A stretch of DNA of 64,000 bases from Phormidium sp. (GTDB taxonomy: Bacteria > Cyanobacteriota > Cyanobacteriia > Cyanobacteriales > Aerosakkonemataceae), in assembly GCA_051013385.1 (NCBI GenBank), contig CP143273.1:1376001-1440000 (forward strand), read 5' to 3'. Both the position numbers and the translations under genes were made by a program. How positions within the stretch are numbered: position 1 is the first letter of the stretch; each line of letters begins with the position of its first letter. Shown piece by piece: positions 29,716 to 39,783 of this stretch. The notes under the pieces are model-generated. The model searched no databases, was not told where the DNA came from, and worked only from the letters and a program-made list of their open reading frames with translations.

Positions 29716-30888
29716 ATGCCAGTTCCAATTTTTGATAGCGATAACGTCGCAATTGATAATCTAGTACAGCTTGCCAATGCTAATCAGGGTAATCATGCTG
29801 GTGAAGTTCTTTTAGTGCCACCCCAAAATGAAGAACAAGAACTTATAAACGATGCTCCTTTAGAGGAAGAACCTGAGCCACGACTCCTAAATATTGGTCA
29901 ATTAATTACGGTTCGCGCTTTCTCTCAGCCAGCCTCACGTCTGCCTTCAGATGCGGTAATTGCTGTTGATGCTGGTATTGTTAATCTAGGTGAACTGGCT
30001 TTAGGCGGCGTAGCTTTTGCAGTAAGAGGAGCGGCTGTGTGTTATCCGCCAAATAATGGAAAGCCTTTCATTTGCCGATATAACACAGGAGCTTTAGTGA
30101 TAGATGCTCAAAATCAACTTCCCTTATTACATTACATGGGACGTAGATTAGGCAGAGATGATAAATTCGTAGCTATATCTTCCACACCCCCTTACTACTC
30201 GCTCAAGCAAGGTATTGCAGACACTTCCAATCAAATTCGCGATCGTTTCCGTAACTTTGTAGAACGAATGATTCAAGAAGAAGCAATTGCAATACTTGAA
30301 AGCTTTGGAGGAGGAATTTTACTTATAGATGGTGCTTTATCAGGGGAAACCTACGATACACCAGAAGAATACATAAACTCTCTGTTAGCGCATTGCCATC
30401 AACATAGAATTCACGTAACCGCTATTAGTAAGAAAACTCGCATTACAGTAGGCGGAAGAACTATAGCTAATCTTTTTTACGAGCAAGAAGACTTTATTGG
30501 ATATGCTCCTTTAAGACAAATATTACAGCAGGAAAGGCAGGCATCTCTTGCAGATAATCAATCTGTTCGTTCTATAGAGGAACTATCAGTAGCAGACGAA
30601 ATTTATGCAGTTAGATTTAGTTATGCTCCTCCTGGTCTCACATTTCGCACGGACGTAAAGCCTGCATTTGCCTACCTTCCTTCAGACGTAATAGAGCAGG
30701 TGTATAGTCGCTGCCAAATTTATGGAGGCTACCCTCGTCCTTTGATTGAAGCCCACCAATATAGTTCATTTCTGTCCCAAGATAAGCAATTGTTCTTGGT
30801 TGATGTGATTGTTCAACATGGAGTTCGTCCACAAGAAGAGCCATCTATGGACGTTTTATTCCAGCCTTTCGGCGGAGGCTTTAAATAA
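29716..30888 (+). CDS. NurA-like nuclease (RNase H fold)
   Basis: IAVDAG, LLIDGAL, AISKKT and GYPRPLIEAH match the spacing of NurA catalytic motifs. Confidence 0.75.
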   Translation: MPVPIFDSDNVAIDNLVQLANANQGNHAGEVLLVPPQNEEQELINDAPLEEEPEPRLLNIGQLITVRAFSQPASRLPSDAVIAVDAGIVNLGELALGGVAFAVRGAAVCYPPNNGKPFICRYNTGALVIDAQNQLPLLHYMGRRLGRDDKFVAISSTPPYYSLKQGIADTSNQIRDRFRNFVERMIQEEAIAILESFGGGILLIDGALSGETYDTPEEYINSLLAHCHQHRIHVTAISKKTRITVGGRTIANLFYEQEDFIGYAPLRQILQQERQASLADNQSVRSIEELSVADEIYAVRFSYAPPGLTFRTDVKPAFAYLPSDVIEQVYSRCQIYGGYPRPLIEAHQYSSFLSQDKQLFLVDVIVQHGVRPQEEPSMDVLFQPFGGGFK

Positions 30889-30896
30889 ACTTTTAA

Positions 30897-31499
30897 ATGG
30901 GAGATGAGTCTATGTCAACATCAACAAATAACTCGGAAAATATACCAACAACTAACCAAGCAAATACACAATCAGTTGTACAGCAAATTCAATCTGTCCA
31001 GCAAGGTTTTCAGGCATCACCTGTAAACACTCAACCAAATTCACAAGTTACACCTGTTACCTCGTCTCTCTCTCCATATCCTGCTATAACGTTTGCACAG
31101 TTATTGGAACTTGAAGGCGGAGAAGGGTCTATAATTTACTACCCCAAACCGCAAGATCCTTTTGATGTGGGAGATGTACTTTACCTCCGTGAACGTAACA
31201 GTGGCGAGAATGGACTTATTGTTCAAGTAGTGGAAAAAAGCACTGCTACTTATGCTCAGGCAGCAAGTAAAGCATTGTTTCGTCTAATGGCTTCGGTGAG
31301 AGCTTATCAACTTCATCGCTCTCACAACGAACCTCCTGAAACTATTGATGAATTTTTATCTCTTAGCTTTAAGGTACGTGCTGATATTGTAAATGGTCGA
31401 TGGATGGCTCATGATGGGCGTGTTGTGACCAGAAATGTAGATATTTTTCAGATCAGCCCTCAAGTTCTTGTTCAAAATGTCGTTGTTACACAGCTATAA
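30897..31499 (+). CDS. HAS-barrel-like protein, or N-terminal part of a split HerA
   Basis: Low-complexity N-terminus, then beta-rich FDVGDVLYL...GLIVQVVE; lies directly before an ATPase that has no N-terminal barrel. Confidence 0.55.
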   Translation: MGDESMSTSTNNSENIPTTNQANTQSVVQQIQSVQQGFQASPVNTQPNSQVTPVTSSLSPYPAITFAQLLELEGGEGSIIYYPKPQDPFDVGDVLYLRERNSGENGLIVQVVEKSTATYAQAASKALFRLMASVRAYQLHRSHNEPPETIDEFLSLSFKVRADIVNGRWMAHDGRVVTRNVDIFQISPQVLVQNVVVTQL

Positions 31500-31504
31500 T
31501 CAAA

Positions 31505-32848
31505 ATGTCTAGCCTCAACTTGTTCTTAGGAGACTACAAAGATCACCCCATTAAAGTATTTGGTGGTGGCTTCGAGAAGGTCAATGTCATCACTGGTATG
31601 AAAGGTGGTGGAAAAAGCCACATTGCCAAGGGAATAATTTCAGAGGGATTGAAAGCGGGAATGAGTACAGTTGTATTCGATATTAACAACGAATACGATA
31701 AAGTATCTCCTAACGCCATTATATTAAAGCCTGGTGTTAATCTCAAATTCCGGCTTGATTTCATAAAAATGGAAACACTATTTCATCTGTTTGAACGCTT
31801 AGCACCTTTTCCTGAAAAAACTGCCTATTTAGCCTATGCGAAAATACCTAAACTAATAGCAGAGTATACAAAAAATAATCAAAAACTGAAGGAGTCTGGA
31901 AAAGAACCGAATATTCCGGATCTTGAATACCTTATGAAAGTAGCTAACCAAGTTATAGAAGGTAATGAAAAAAGTGAAGCGATAAGTGCTATGAAGCAAG
32001 GGTACTTGCGCTCTCTTGAAATTATCCAGAGTTATGGTCTAATTATGACTGCAAGTGAGGCTAAGGCAGAGGACAATCTTATAAAAGGTAATGGGAATCA
32101 AGAAGCAGTAACCTCATTTTCATTACGCACAGTATTTAATGATATTTTTCTGGGAACACCACAGGTTCTTGTATTTCAAATTGGTGGTCTACAAAATCGA
32201 CTTCAGAAAGGTATTGTATCCCTGGTACTCGATCACCTTAAAGAGTCTTGTGATAAGCAAACAAAAGCATATCAAGAGTACCTTAAGACAGGCAATAAAA
32301 CTCTTCGTACTGAGTTTCCTGTATACCCTACAGTCTTTTTTGAAGAAGCTCATATATACATGGATACACGGGATATTGATGACTTAGTACCGCTAATCCG
32401 ACATATCGGTATAAATGTATTTTTTGTGACTAATACTCCAGGTGAGCTACCTGATTCTGTCTTTCGTTTGCTAGATAATTTGATTATGACTCGCATGGTT
32501 AATCGAAAAGATATTGATCGTTTGGCTGATTGTGGTCTAACAGATAAGGAAACGATTGTTGGCTTCGCTCAGAATTTAAAAGAACACCATGCGTTGTTTC
32601 TCAGTGGTAAAGAGGGAGCAACCAAAAACTTTCCGTTGGTCTTTCATGTACGGGATTTTGGTTTAGAAAAATCTGGTCAAACACGGTCTCAATGGGATGC
32701 TATGCTGAAATCCCAGCAACAACAAAAAGCTGTAGATAAATCCTCAGCAGAGGCTAAACAAAAAACGCCTGATTTAAATACTTCTCAAAGATCTACTTCA
32801 TCTAAATCAAGACGAAAACGTAAAACGGAAGATCCTCTAAATCAGTAA
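31505..32848 (+). CDS. HerA/FtsK-family ATPase (DUF87-like)
   Basis: Walker A ITGMKGGGKS, VVFDINNEY, Walker B FFEEAH, RHIGINVFFVTNTP. Confidence 0.85.
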   Translation: MSSLNLFLGDYKDHPIKVFGGGFEKVNVITGMKGGGKSHIAKGIISEGLKAGMSTVVFDINNEYDKVSPNAIILKPGVNLKFRLDFIKMETLFHLFERLAPFPEKTAYLAYAKIPKLIAEYTKNNQKLKESGKEPNIPDLEYLMKVANQVIEGNEKSEAISAMKQGYLRSLEIIQSYGLIMTASEAKAEDNLIKGNGNQEAVTSFSLRTVFNDIFLGTPQVLVFQIGGLQNRLQKGIVSLVLDHLKESCDKQTKAYQEYLKTGNKTLRTEFPVYPTVFFEEAHIYMDTRDIDDLVPLIRHIGINVFFVTNTPGELPDSVFRLLDNLIMTRMVNRKDIDRLADCGLTDKETIVGFAQNLKEHHALFLSGKEGATKNFPLVFHVRDFGLEKSGQTRSQWDAMLKSQQQQKAVDKSSAEAKQKTPDLNTSQRSTSSKSRRKRKTEDPLNQ

Positions 32849-32939
32849 CATACAAATTGGTGTAATCTAAATAGCGAGGTCTAATTATTAAATCTAGATT
32901 TCGCTATCTTATTGTTGGTCAGAGGTAATATTCAAAGTA

Positions 32940-34319
32940 GTGAGTAATAATTTTGTATTGAGTAATAACTTCGATGATGAAAACTTCGCTGATAAACAAG
33001 CTGCGGAAGTAACGCCTCTTTCGCCTAGCGCTGAACAGATGCAAAGCATTTTTGAAGAGATTGAATGCAATTTGCCTTTCCGGGAAGATGACTCTTTTAA
33101 AGGTATGTTGACTTTTGCACAAAACTTGGAAATTCCAGTTCATCGTTGGTACTATTTCAAAGAGGGTTACTCACATCAGTTAGTGACAACAATACTCGAA
33201 CGTTACTCACGACCATCTGCTTATCCTGCTATTTTAGATCCTTTTTGTGGAGCAGGTACTACTTTAGTAGTAGCACAACAGAGGGAATTACCCGCTGTTG
33301 GAGTAGAAATTAATCCGTTTGCTGCTTTTCTGAGTCGCGTAAAGACTGAACATTACAAGATTGACCCGGAAGAGCTAGAAAAAGTACTGGAAATAGTTAT
33401 CAATGATACTAATTCAACAAAAATTACTTTACCTGCTTTAACCACATTTCGGAATAAGGATTATTTCCCTAATAAAAGTGCTTATAAATTAATTAGACTA
33501 AGAAATTCTATAAACAGATTAAGAGCTAAACAAGAGGTAAAGGATGCTTTAATGCTAGCTCTTTTAGCCACAATTGAAGATGTATCTCACTTACACAAAG
33601 ACGGGAGATTACTTAGATATTCCCCCAGAAATGTAATTTCTCCTCAAGAAGCTTTATATAAACGAACAATGGTTATACTTGAAGACATAAAAGCGATAAG
33701 AACCAAACCCTATAGCAAAGTTAGCGTTTTACAAGGTGATACGAGAGAACTTAACCTACTATTATCTGACCACCAATTTTCCTGTCAGTTTGGTTTAATA
33801 TTGTACTCTCCCCCTTATGTAAATAATTTTGACTATAGCGAAGTATACAAATGTGAACTTTGGTTAGCAGGCTTTATCGAATCATACGATCAATGGCGAA
33901 AGTTGAGAAAAAAAACATTTAGATCTCATCCAGACAGCTATGTTTCACCTACGAGTTATCTTAAGAATAAACCTGAGCTTCGTGAAGTATATCGCTTAGT
34001 AGAACAAGCTGCTAGGTGTCCAGACATTGGAAGTTATGCACAAAAACGAGCACCTAGAGTAATTCGAGGTTACTTTGATGATGTTTTTTTAATGCTTCAA
34101 GAACAGATAGCCATACTTGCGCCTAAAGGACATATTGTTTGTGTGGTTGGCAACTCAAGACATGGTAATTTGCATATTCCCGCAGACACTCTTATAGCCA
34201 AGATTGGTCAAGCGTTGGGGTTGGAACTCGTGGAAATTTGTATTGCTAAGTACCGTTTTAGTCGTAACCAAACTCACCAAAAGTTACGTGAGAGCTTAGT
34301 CATCTTCAGAAAACCATAA
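32940..34319 (+). CDS. Amino DNA methyltransferase, probably N4-cytosine, alpha-type motif order
   Basis: PVHRWYYFKEGYS, motif I LDPFCGAGTT before motif IV YSPPY, VVGNS, LRES tail. Confidence 0.88.
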   Translation: MSNNFVLSNNFDDENFADKQAAEVTPLSPSAEQMQSIFEEIECNLPFREDDSFKGMLTFAQNLEIPVHRWYYFKEGYSHQLVTTILERYSRPSAYPAILDPFCGAGTTLVVAQQRELPAVGVEINPFAAFLSRVKTEHYKIDPEELEKVLEIVINDTNSTKITLPALTTFRNKDYFPNKSAYKLIRLRNSINRLRAKQEVKDALMLALLATIEDVSHLHKDGRLLRYSPRNVISPQEALYKRTMVILEDIKAIRTKPYSKVSVLQGDTRELNLLLSDHQFSCQFGLILYSPPYVNNFDYSEVYKCELWLAGFIESYDQWRKLRKKTFRSHPDSYVSPTSYLKNKPELREVYRLVEQAARCPDIGSYAQKRAPRVIRGYFDDVFLMLQEQIAILAPKGHIVCVVGNSRHGNLHIPADTLIAKIGQALGLELVEICIAKYRFSRNQTHQKLRESLVIFRKP

Positions 34320-34398
34320 CTACTAAAAGCTACCGAGCAGCTTCGACTCCTCCACCGCCAATGCCTCTAACTACTGTACTAATCAGTAGCCTTCAATC

Positions 34399-34900
34399 CT
34401 AAATTCCACAAGCATCCACACGCTCAAGCAAAGTACCAATCCAATCCCGATATCGTGGATACATAGTACTTTTTTTGCCTGCTAATCTCACCCACCAACT
34501 CCAGAAAGCAGCTGGAAGATGTCCCGGTGGTGCATCTAAACTAAAAGTCATTTCCCACCAAGGAATCCAAATTTTATGGGCTACTCGCCAACGATCGCCA
34601 GTAATTAAATCCACTGCTTCTCGACCATAGTCTGTTAGTATATAGTTGTCTCCCACCAAAGGTTCAAATAACGAAGTATTGACTCGCCAAATTCGGTTGA
34701 CTCTCCAACCAACGCGATCGCGCGATCGCCTAATCGCTGATAATCCTTTTCCACAGATTGATAGATTTCCTTTTGTACCGAAAAGCCAAATTTTCCCTTA
34801 CTAGCTGTCATCCACAGTTGGTTAATAGTGTGTAAATCAACACAAGGAATTTGACCAATTTCTGATTCGTATAACACCCGAATTTTTGATGGACGTAAGC
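34399..34900 (-). pseudogene. Frameshifted GUN4-domain fragment
   Basis: PCVDLHTINQLWMTASKGKFGFSVQKEIY in one frame and FSLDAPPGHLP in another; N-terminus missing. Confidence 0.7.
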
Positions 34901-34922
34901 TTTGGCGTGCGGAGCGATCGCT

Positions 34923-35134
34923 CATTGGCACATAGCTACAATTTGGATGATCGAGAAAGCAACTGGACAAACCAAATTTATTACGTTATTTCCCGATAAG
35001 GAGGTTTAAGCATGAAATTTGAACTGTTTACACGAGTGGCATTACATGAAGATTTACCCCAGTACAAACTCTGTCGGGGAGATGTAGCAACAATTGTCGA
35101 ACATCACCCTGTACCGGATGATGAGGTTGGATGA
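34923..35134 (+). pseudogene. Remnant of a DUF6883/DUF4926-like gene pair
   Basis: C-terminal fragment HWHIATIWMIEKATGQTKFITLFPDKEV* (ends 35009), then truncated MKFELFTRVALHEDLPQYKLCRGDVATIVEHHPVPDDEVG* (35012-35134). Confidence 0.6.
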
Positions 35135-35632
35135 AGTGATAGCTTAGAAGCAAATAATTAACTCATCCACGCTCGAAGCTTGTAGCGTGAATTGCTAATG
35201 TCTACAACTTAATATTTTGCCCAAATCTAATTTCCACAACAACAGCACCCAAACTGGACTTACCGAATAATTTCCTCTGTTAATAAATGCTACTTGGAGA
35301 GACACTGAAGAATTAAAACTCAGTTGTCTTACTCCCCTGATTCAGTTGAGGAAATATCAGTTTTCTAGTTGTTGAGTGCTGTTGTTAGTTAACACAATCG
35401 ATTTTAGATGAAACAGCTTTTTCCCTCCTTAGTTAATAGTGGACTTTAGCTGTAATCTTTATCTGATGAAGCACTTTTGCTTCACTTATTAACTTACCAT
35501 TTCCTTTAACTTCTACATTCAAAATGATAAATAACTTTACTTTTGACAGCAGAGAAATTCATCATTTTAAATTTGCTTTGCCATCAACTGCACTTGGGCT
35601 TGGGTCGATCGGTCAATTAGCTATTTGAGTCA

Positions 35633-35788
35633 CTACTGAATTTTTCCCTCCTCTTTAGCCTTAGCCAAACCCTGCTGGAGCAAGATTGCTGCCATTTGAG
35701 ATAAAGAACGCTGCTCTACATCAGCCAGCTTCTTTAAGCCTTCCTTCATTTCTTCGGAAACAAAAACCGTGACGGTTGTTTTCCCCAT
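35633..35788 (-). CDS. Small ribbon-helix-helix (CopG/Arc-like) protein, 51 aa, absent from the ORF track
   Basis: MGKTTVTVFVSEEMKEGLKKLADVEQRSLSQMAAILLQQGLAKAKEEGKIQ: beta strand plus two helices with the RSLS turn. Confidence 0.78.
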   Translation of the reverse strand: MGKTTVTVFVSEEMKEGLKKLADVEQRSLSQMAAILLQQGLAKAKEEGKIQ

Positions 35789-36041
35789 CTGTTCTATCTG
35801 AATCTATTGCAAAGTCCTTTTTTATCTTAGTTGCCCTTGACTTCTCTGTATATGTCACTAAACTTAACAACATCTAGCTAAATTTAATGGAATCTGTTAG
35901 GATAACCACAAAGCAAAATTCTCCTTACTGCATGAAATACCCAGCAACCGATTCATAGTGGTGCGTTGACGTAGCCTGCGCGTATCGCCCACTTCTATGA
36001 ACACAACGCTATACAATTATCGTTGATGATGATTACAACCA

Positions 36042-36281
36042 ATGGCAAACCGCCTACATGGTTGTGAGGCAGCGCGTTTGGTTCGTAATGATTCTCGTGA
36101 TTATGTTCGCCGCTATGCTGAATGGGTTTTGGCGCATCAACATCAGCCTGTGCGAGTTGATGACCAAAATACTCGAATGAGATCGCAGTTAATCACAGTT
36201 TCAGTAGAGCGAAAACTTTTGCGATCGCTCTGGTTCTGGCGTAATCGATCCGATCGCATTCAATTAACTGTTAACAACTAA
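36042..36281 (+). CDS. Hypothetical protein (79 aa)
   Basis: ATG-initiated ORF divergent from the RHH gene; no motif recognised. Confidence 0.35.
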   Translation: MANRLHGCEAARLVRNDSRDYVRRYAEWVLAHQHQPVRVDDQNTRMRSQLITVSVERKLLRSLWFWRNRSDRIQLTVNN

Positions 36282-36495
36282 AATTTACCCAAGATAAGGG
36301 TATTGTTGAGGTTTAGTTTTCAGTAGTTCTTCCCAGTATTTTATAGCATTGCGTTTGGTGGTTTCTTTATCGCGCTGTTTGTGAACTCTACATATTCCCA
36401 AGCCCGGAAATTGATTTCCGGGCGAACTGGAAAAAGAAACACAAATCCCTGTGTGGATGTAAGCTAAAAACTTATAACCTAGAAATTATGCAAAC

Positions 36496-36897
36496 ATGGG
36501 ACAAACCGAACGTTTAATCCTGATCGCAGAAGATGAACTGACTCAGTACAGCACTGATGCGCGGAAAATCGAAAAACTCCGCCAAAAAATTGGCTTATCC
36601 GTCACCCCAGCGGAACAAAAGCAAGTCAAAGAAGCATTACTTGCCCAAATGCCAACAGATTTTTTCAGTCAATTAGTGGAAAAACAACGTCAGACGGTAG
36701 CTTTACCCTTCTGGGGTATTGCAGGTTTAGGACTGCTATTCGGAATTTCCCTTTCTCAACCAATTGATTATATCGCCACTATTGCAGGTGCAGCGATCGC
36801 GATCGGCGTGCAAAAATGGGGATGGCGATTACAAGCTAAACGTTTAGTAATACAAACTCTCGAAGATATCGAACGACTTACCCGTAAACCCGAATAA
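36496..36897 (+). CDS. Conserved hypothetical membrane protein
   Basis: Clean ORF with two TM segments. Confidence 0.75.
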   Translation: MGQTERLILIAEDELTQYSTDARKIEKLRQKIGLSVTPAEQKQVKEALLAQMPTDFFSQLVEKQRQTVALPFWGIAGLGLLFGISLSQPIDYIATIAGAAIAIGVQKWGWRLQAKRLVIQTLEDIERLTRKPE

Positions 36898-37017
36898 CAA
36901 CAGTTAGGTATAATTTCTTCCCTTATTCTTTAGTCCTTGTCAAGCGGACTAAGTTTTGTGTAGACGCGATTTCAATCGCTCGGATTTGGTACAATCATCA
37001 AAACCGGAACATAAAGC

Positions 37018-37848
37018 TCAAGGATTTTTCGTAGTTGTACCGCGATCGGATAGCTGGAGTTTTGGCTTGGGTGAGGGTGGTAGTTTAGTTATTTGTGTAT
37101 CATTACTCTCTTCACTGCCTTCACTGGATGTGGATTGTTTGAATTCTTTAATTTGTTGTAGTGCTTCGGTTTTCATTTTCTTGCTAGCTTTAAAGAATTG
37201 CGGCACGTCTGATTGCGGCAAGGTTAATAACGAATCAAAACCAAATACGTTCCTTTGCGGTAAAAATTTAGCTTTGATGGAGACAAACATTGGCTTACCT
37301 TGTTCTTCTTTATCTAATTTAGGATTAAACCGAAATGGTCGCATCGGCGCATCTTTCCAAAATATCGGTAAATGGCTGCCTTTCATAAATCTGACTCTTT
37401 TGTAAACTGGGGATTTTTTGACCAACTCTAATCTTTCGGGAGTGAAATTCTTGAACACCGAAATGCAGGGGACTTGACAAACTGGTATAAACTGCCACAA
37501 ACCTGAGATTTTAAACTCAAAATCATTGAGGGATCTACAAATCCCTTCGCTGGAACCGTTGTCGAATCCTACTAATTGGAAGGTGATTTGATGTGGTTTA
37601 TCTTTTCGAGGAAAATGAATTACTCTAGGATACACGATCAGACGTAACTCGTTATTCCCTGTAGTTTCTATTTGTTTTTTCAGGGCTTCAAATGCTTTCA
37701 AGCCTTTTTTTGTGGGAATATAGAAAAGCGAGTATTGGCGACCAGAAACAGTGACGGTAGCAGCTTTATCTTCTTCTGTAAAAGTTACTTTCCCAGGGAG
37801 GATGCCTACGGCTTGGAAAAGTAGTTCTTGGGGGGAATCAGTGGTCAT
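37018..37848 (-). CDS. Conserved hypothetical protein
   Basis: Long ORF with globular composition (FQAVGI, IVYPRVIHFP, GLWQFIPVC). Confidence 0.75.
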   Translation of the reverse strand: MTTDSPQELLFQAVGILPGKVTFTEEDKAATVTVSGRQYSLFYIPTKKGLKAFEALKKQIETTGNNELRLIVYPRVIHFPRKDKPHQITFQLVGFDNGSSEGICRSLNDFEFKISGLWQFIPVCQVPCISVFKNFTPERLELVKKSPVYKRVRFMKGSHLPIFWKDAPMRPFRFNPKLDKEEQGKPMFVSIKAKFLPQRNVFGFDSLLTLPQSDVPQFFKASKKMKTEALQQIKEFKQSTSSEGSEESNDTQITKLPPSPKPKLQLSDRGTTTKNP

Positions 37849-38098
37849 AGAAATTAAGTGTGTATTGATTACCTTTTTGAGTTATGATGACCAAGGTAAC
37901 ATCCTCAGTCAATTGCGATCGCATCAATCCAACCCGGAAACAGTGCTTTCACCTTAGCATGAAACACATCTCTTGCTGAAGCCAAGAATAAAATCGCAAA
38001 TACACATAGCCCAAAAAAGTCTCGGTAATGGTAACACCCAGCACCCATTGATGAAGCTGTGTAGCATAATATATGGAATGGGATAAGGAAGTACCATT

Positions 38099-38974
38099 AT
38101 GTTTCTAGTAACAGGAGCCACTGGAGATTTAGGTCGCCGGATAGTGCGCTTATTATGCGATCGCAAAAAGCCAGTACGTTCATTTGTCCGCCTTACCTCA
38201 CGTTATGGGGAATTAGAATACCGAGGTAGCGAAATATTTATCGGTGATTTACGGCAAGACAAAGATATTCACAAAGCTTGCTTTGGAGTTAAATATATTA
38301 TCAGCGCTCATGGTGGAGAGGGCAATCCTTCCGCAGTTGATTACCGAGCTAATATCGAATTAATTGACCAAGCAAAAGCAGCTGGAATCGAGCATTTTGT
38401 TTTTATCTCTGTGCTGGGTGCCGATCGCGGATACGAAGATGCGCCGACTTTTAAAGCTAAACGAGAAGTGGAAAAATACTTACAATCAAGTGGATTAAAT
38501 TACACTATTTTGCGTCCTTCAGGATTGGCTTCTAATGTTTTACAATTAGCAGAAAGATTCCGGGATACGGGGATTTATTTGTTAGTTGGAGATCCGAAAA
38601 ATCGCGCTTCAATTGTCAGCACTGATGATTTAGCTCGGATTGCTGTAGAATCTGTGAATGTACCAGCAGCAAAAAAGCAAATCTTTCCCGTTGGGGGGCC
38701 GCAAATTTTAGAAAGAGGCGAAATTCCGCAAATTTTTGGCAAGATTTTTAACCAAGAACCCTTTGTGGTTAATGTACCTTTGTTTTTGGTTGATGGGGTG
38801 CGAAGTGCGATCGGTGTATTTAATCCTTTTGCCAAAGATTCTTTAGGAACTCTGCGCGTATTACTGGGAAATGAATTCTTTTGTACCAGTGATGAAATTG
38901 CCAACTTGGAGTCAACTTTTAACTTCAAATTAGAAACCTTGGAAATGTTTTTGCGCCGCTATTTAGGAGTTTAA
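38099..38974 (+). CDS. NAD(P)-binding NmrA/atypical SDR family protein
   Basis: LVTGATGDLG, HFVFISVLG, YTILRPSG. Confidence 0.88.
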   Translation: MFLVTGATGDLGRRIVRLLCDRKKPVRSFVRLTSRYGELEYRGSEIFIGDLRQDKDIHKACFGVKYIISAHGGEGNPSAVDYRANIELIDQAKAAGIEHFVFISVLGADRGYEDAPTFKAKREVEKYLQSSGLNYTILRPSGLASNVLQLAERFRDTGIYLLVGDPKNRASIVSTDDLARIAVESVNVPAAKKQIFPVGGPQILERGEIPQIFGKIFNQEPFVVNVPLFLVDGVRSAIGVFNPFAKDSLGTLRVLLGNEFFCTSDEIANLESTFNFKLETLEMFLRRYLGV

Positions 38975-39024
38975 ACAAAGTTTGGCACAGTTGGAAGTGC
39001 TGCTTAAAAAATGAGACGATCGCC

Positions 39025-39648
39025 ATGTATGCAATAGTTACAAAGCCATTAACCTTTGAGGAATTTCTCGCTTGGGATGACGGATCTGGCAGAGAATTTG
39101 AGTTAATTGATGGGGTTCCTGTGCCATTATCTGAACCAAATGCAAATCATGAGGATTTGATAGAGCGACTTTGTGCTTACCTGGAAGTTCACTGCTTGGA
39201 GGCGAATCTTCCTTATGTTTCCAGACAGTCTAAACAAGTTCGACTTAAAACTGAACCAGAGGAGAAAGAAAAAAGCCGTAAAGCAGATATCGTAATTTTT
39301 GCCAAAGAAGAATGGCAGCGCATGAAAGGTAATTCTAGCTCTGCTGCTGCTTACGTTCCACCCCCAGGAATCATTGAGGTAGTTAGTACAAATTGGAAAG
39401 ATGACTATCTCACCAAACTCGCTGAATACGAAGATTTGGGAGTGTCCGAATACATAATTGTGGACTACGCGGCTTTAGGTGGAATTCGTTTTATCGGTTC
39501 ACCGAAACAGCCAACGATTACGATTTATCAGTTGGAGAATGGTGAATATCTGCCCGGTAAGATTTTTAGAGGGCAAGATCGAATTGAGTCTCGGTTGTTT
39601 CCTAACTTAACTATCACAGCCGAACAGATTTTTGCCATGAGCAGGTAA
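39025..39648 (+). CDS. Uma2 family endonuclease
   Basis: LTFEEFL, ELIDG, IEVVSTNWKDDY, KLAEYE. Confidence 0.88.
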   Translation: MYAIVTKPLTFEEFLAWDDGSGREFELIDGVPVPLSEPNANHEDLIERLCAYLEVHCLEANLPYVSRQSKQVRLKTEPEEKEKSRKADIVIFAKEEWQRMKGNSSSAAAYVPPPGIIEVVSTNWKDDYLTKLAEYEDLGVSEYIIVDYAALGGIRFIGSPKQPTITIYQLENGEYLPGKIFRGQDRIESRLFPNLTITAEQIFAMSR

Positions 39649-39681
39649 GCGGATGCAAGCGACAATACAATCAAAAGGACA

Positions 39682-39783
39682 GAAATCGGGTTTCTTGCCA
39701 ATAGCTAAACCTGAAAGCTTAGATTTTTAGTTAATCAACCCGGTTTTTCAGGTCTTGTTGAGAATGGTGCCAGATCTAAGTTA
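39682..39783 (-). repeat. Partial inverted copy of the 9362-9491 MITE-like element
   Basis: Reverse complement TAACTTAGATCTGGCACCATTCTCAACAAGACCTGAAAAACCGGGTT... aligns with 9363-9465. Confidence 0.8.

Noticed and set aside
34635..34970. 111-aa ORF as an intact gene
   Set aside because: It is chimeric: its start is the antisense of a DUF6883-like fragment and the rest is a partial GUN4 domain.
36956..37405. Antisense ORFs in the track (e.g. 36956-37405, 18431-18949, 1517-1993)
   Set aside because: They overlap better-supported genes on the opposite strand and carry no motifs.
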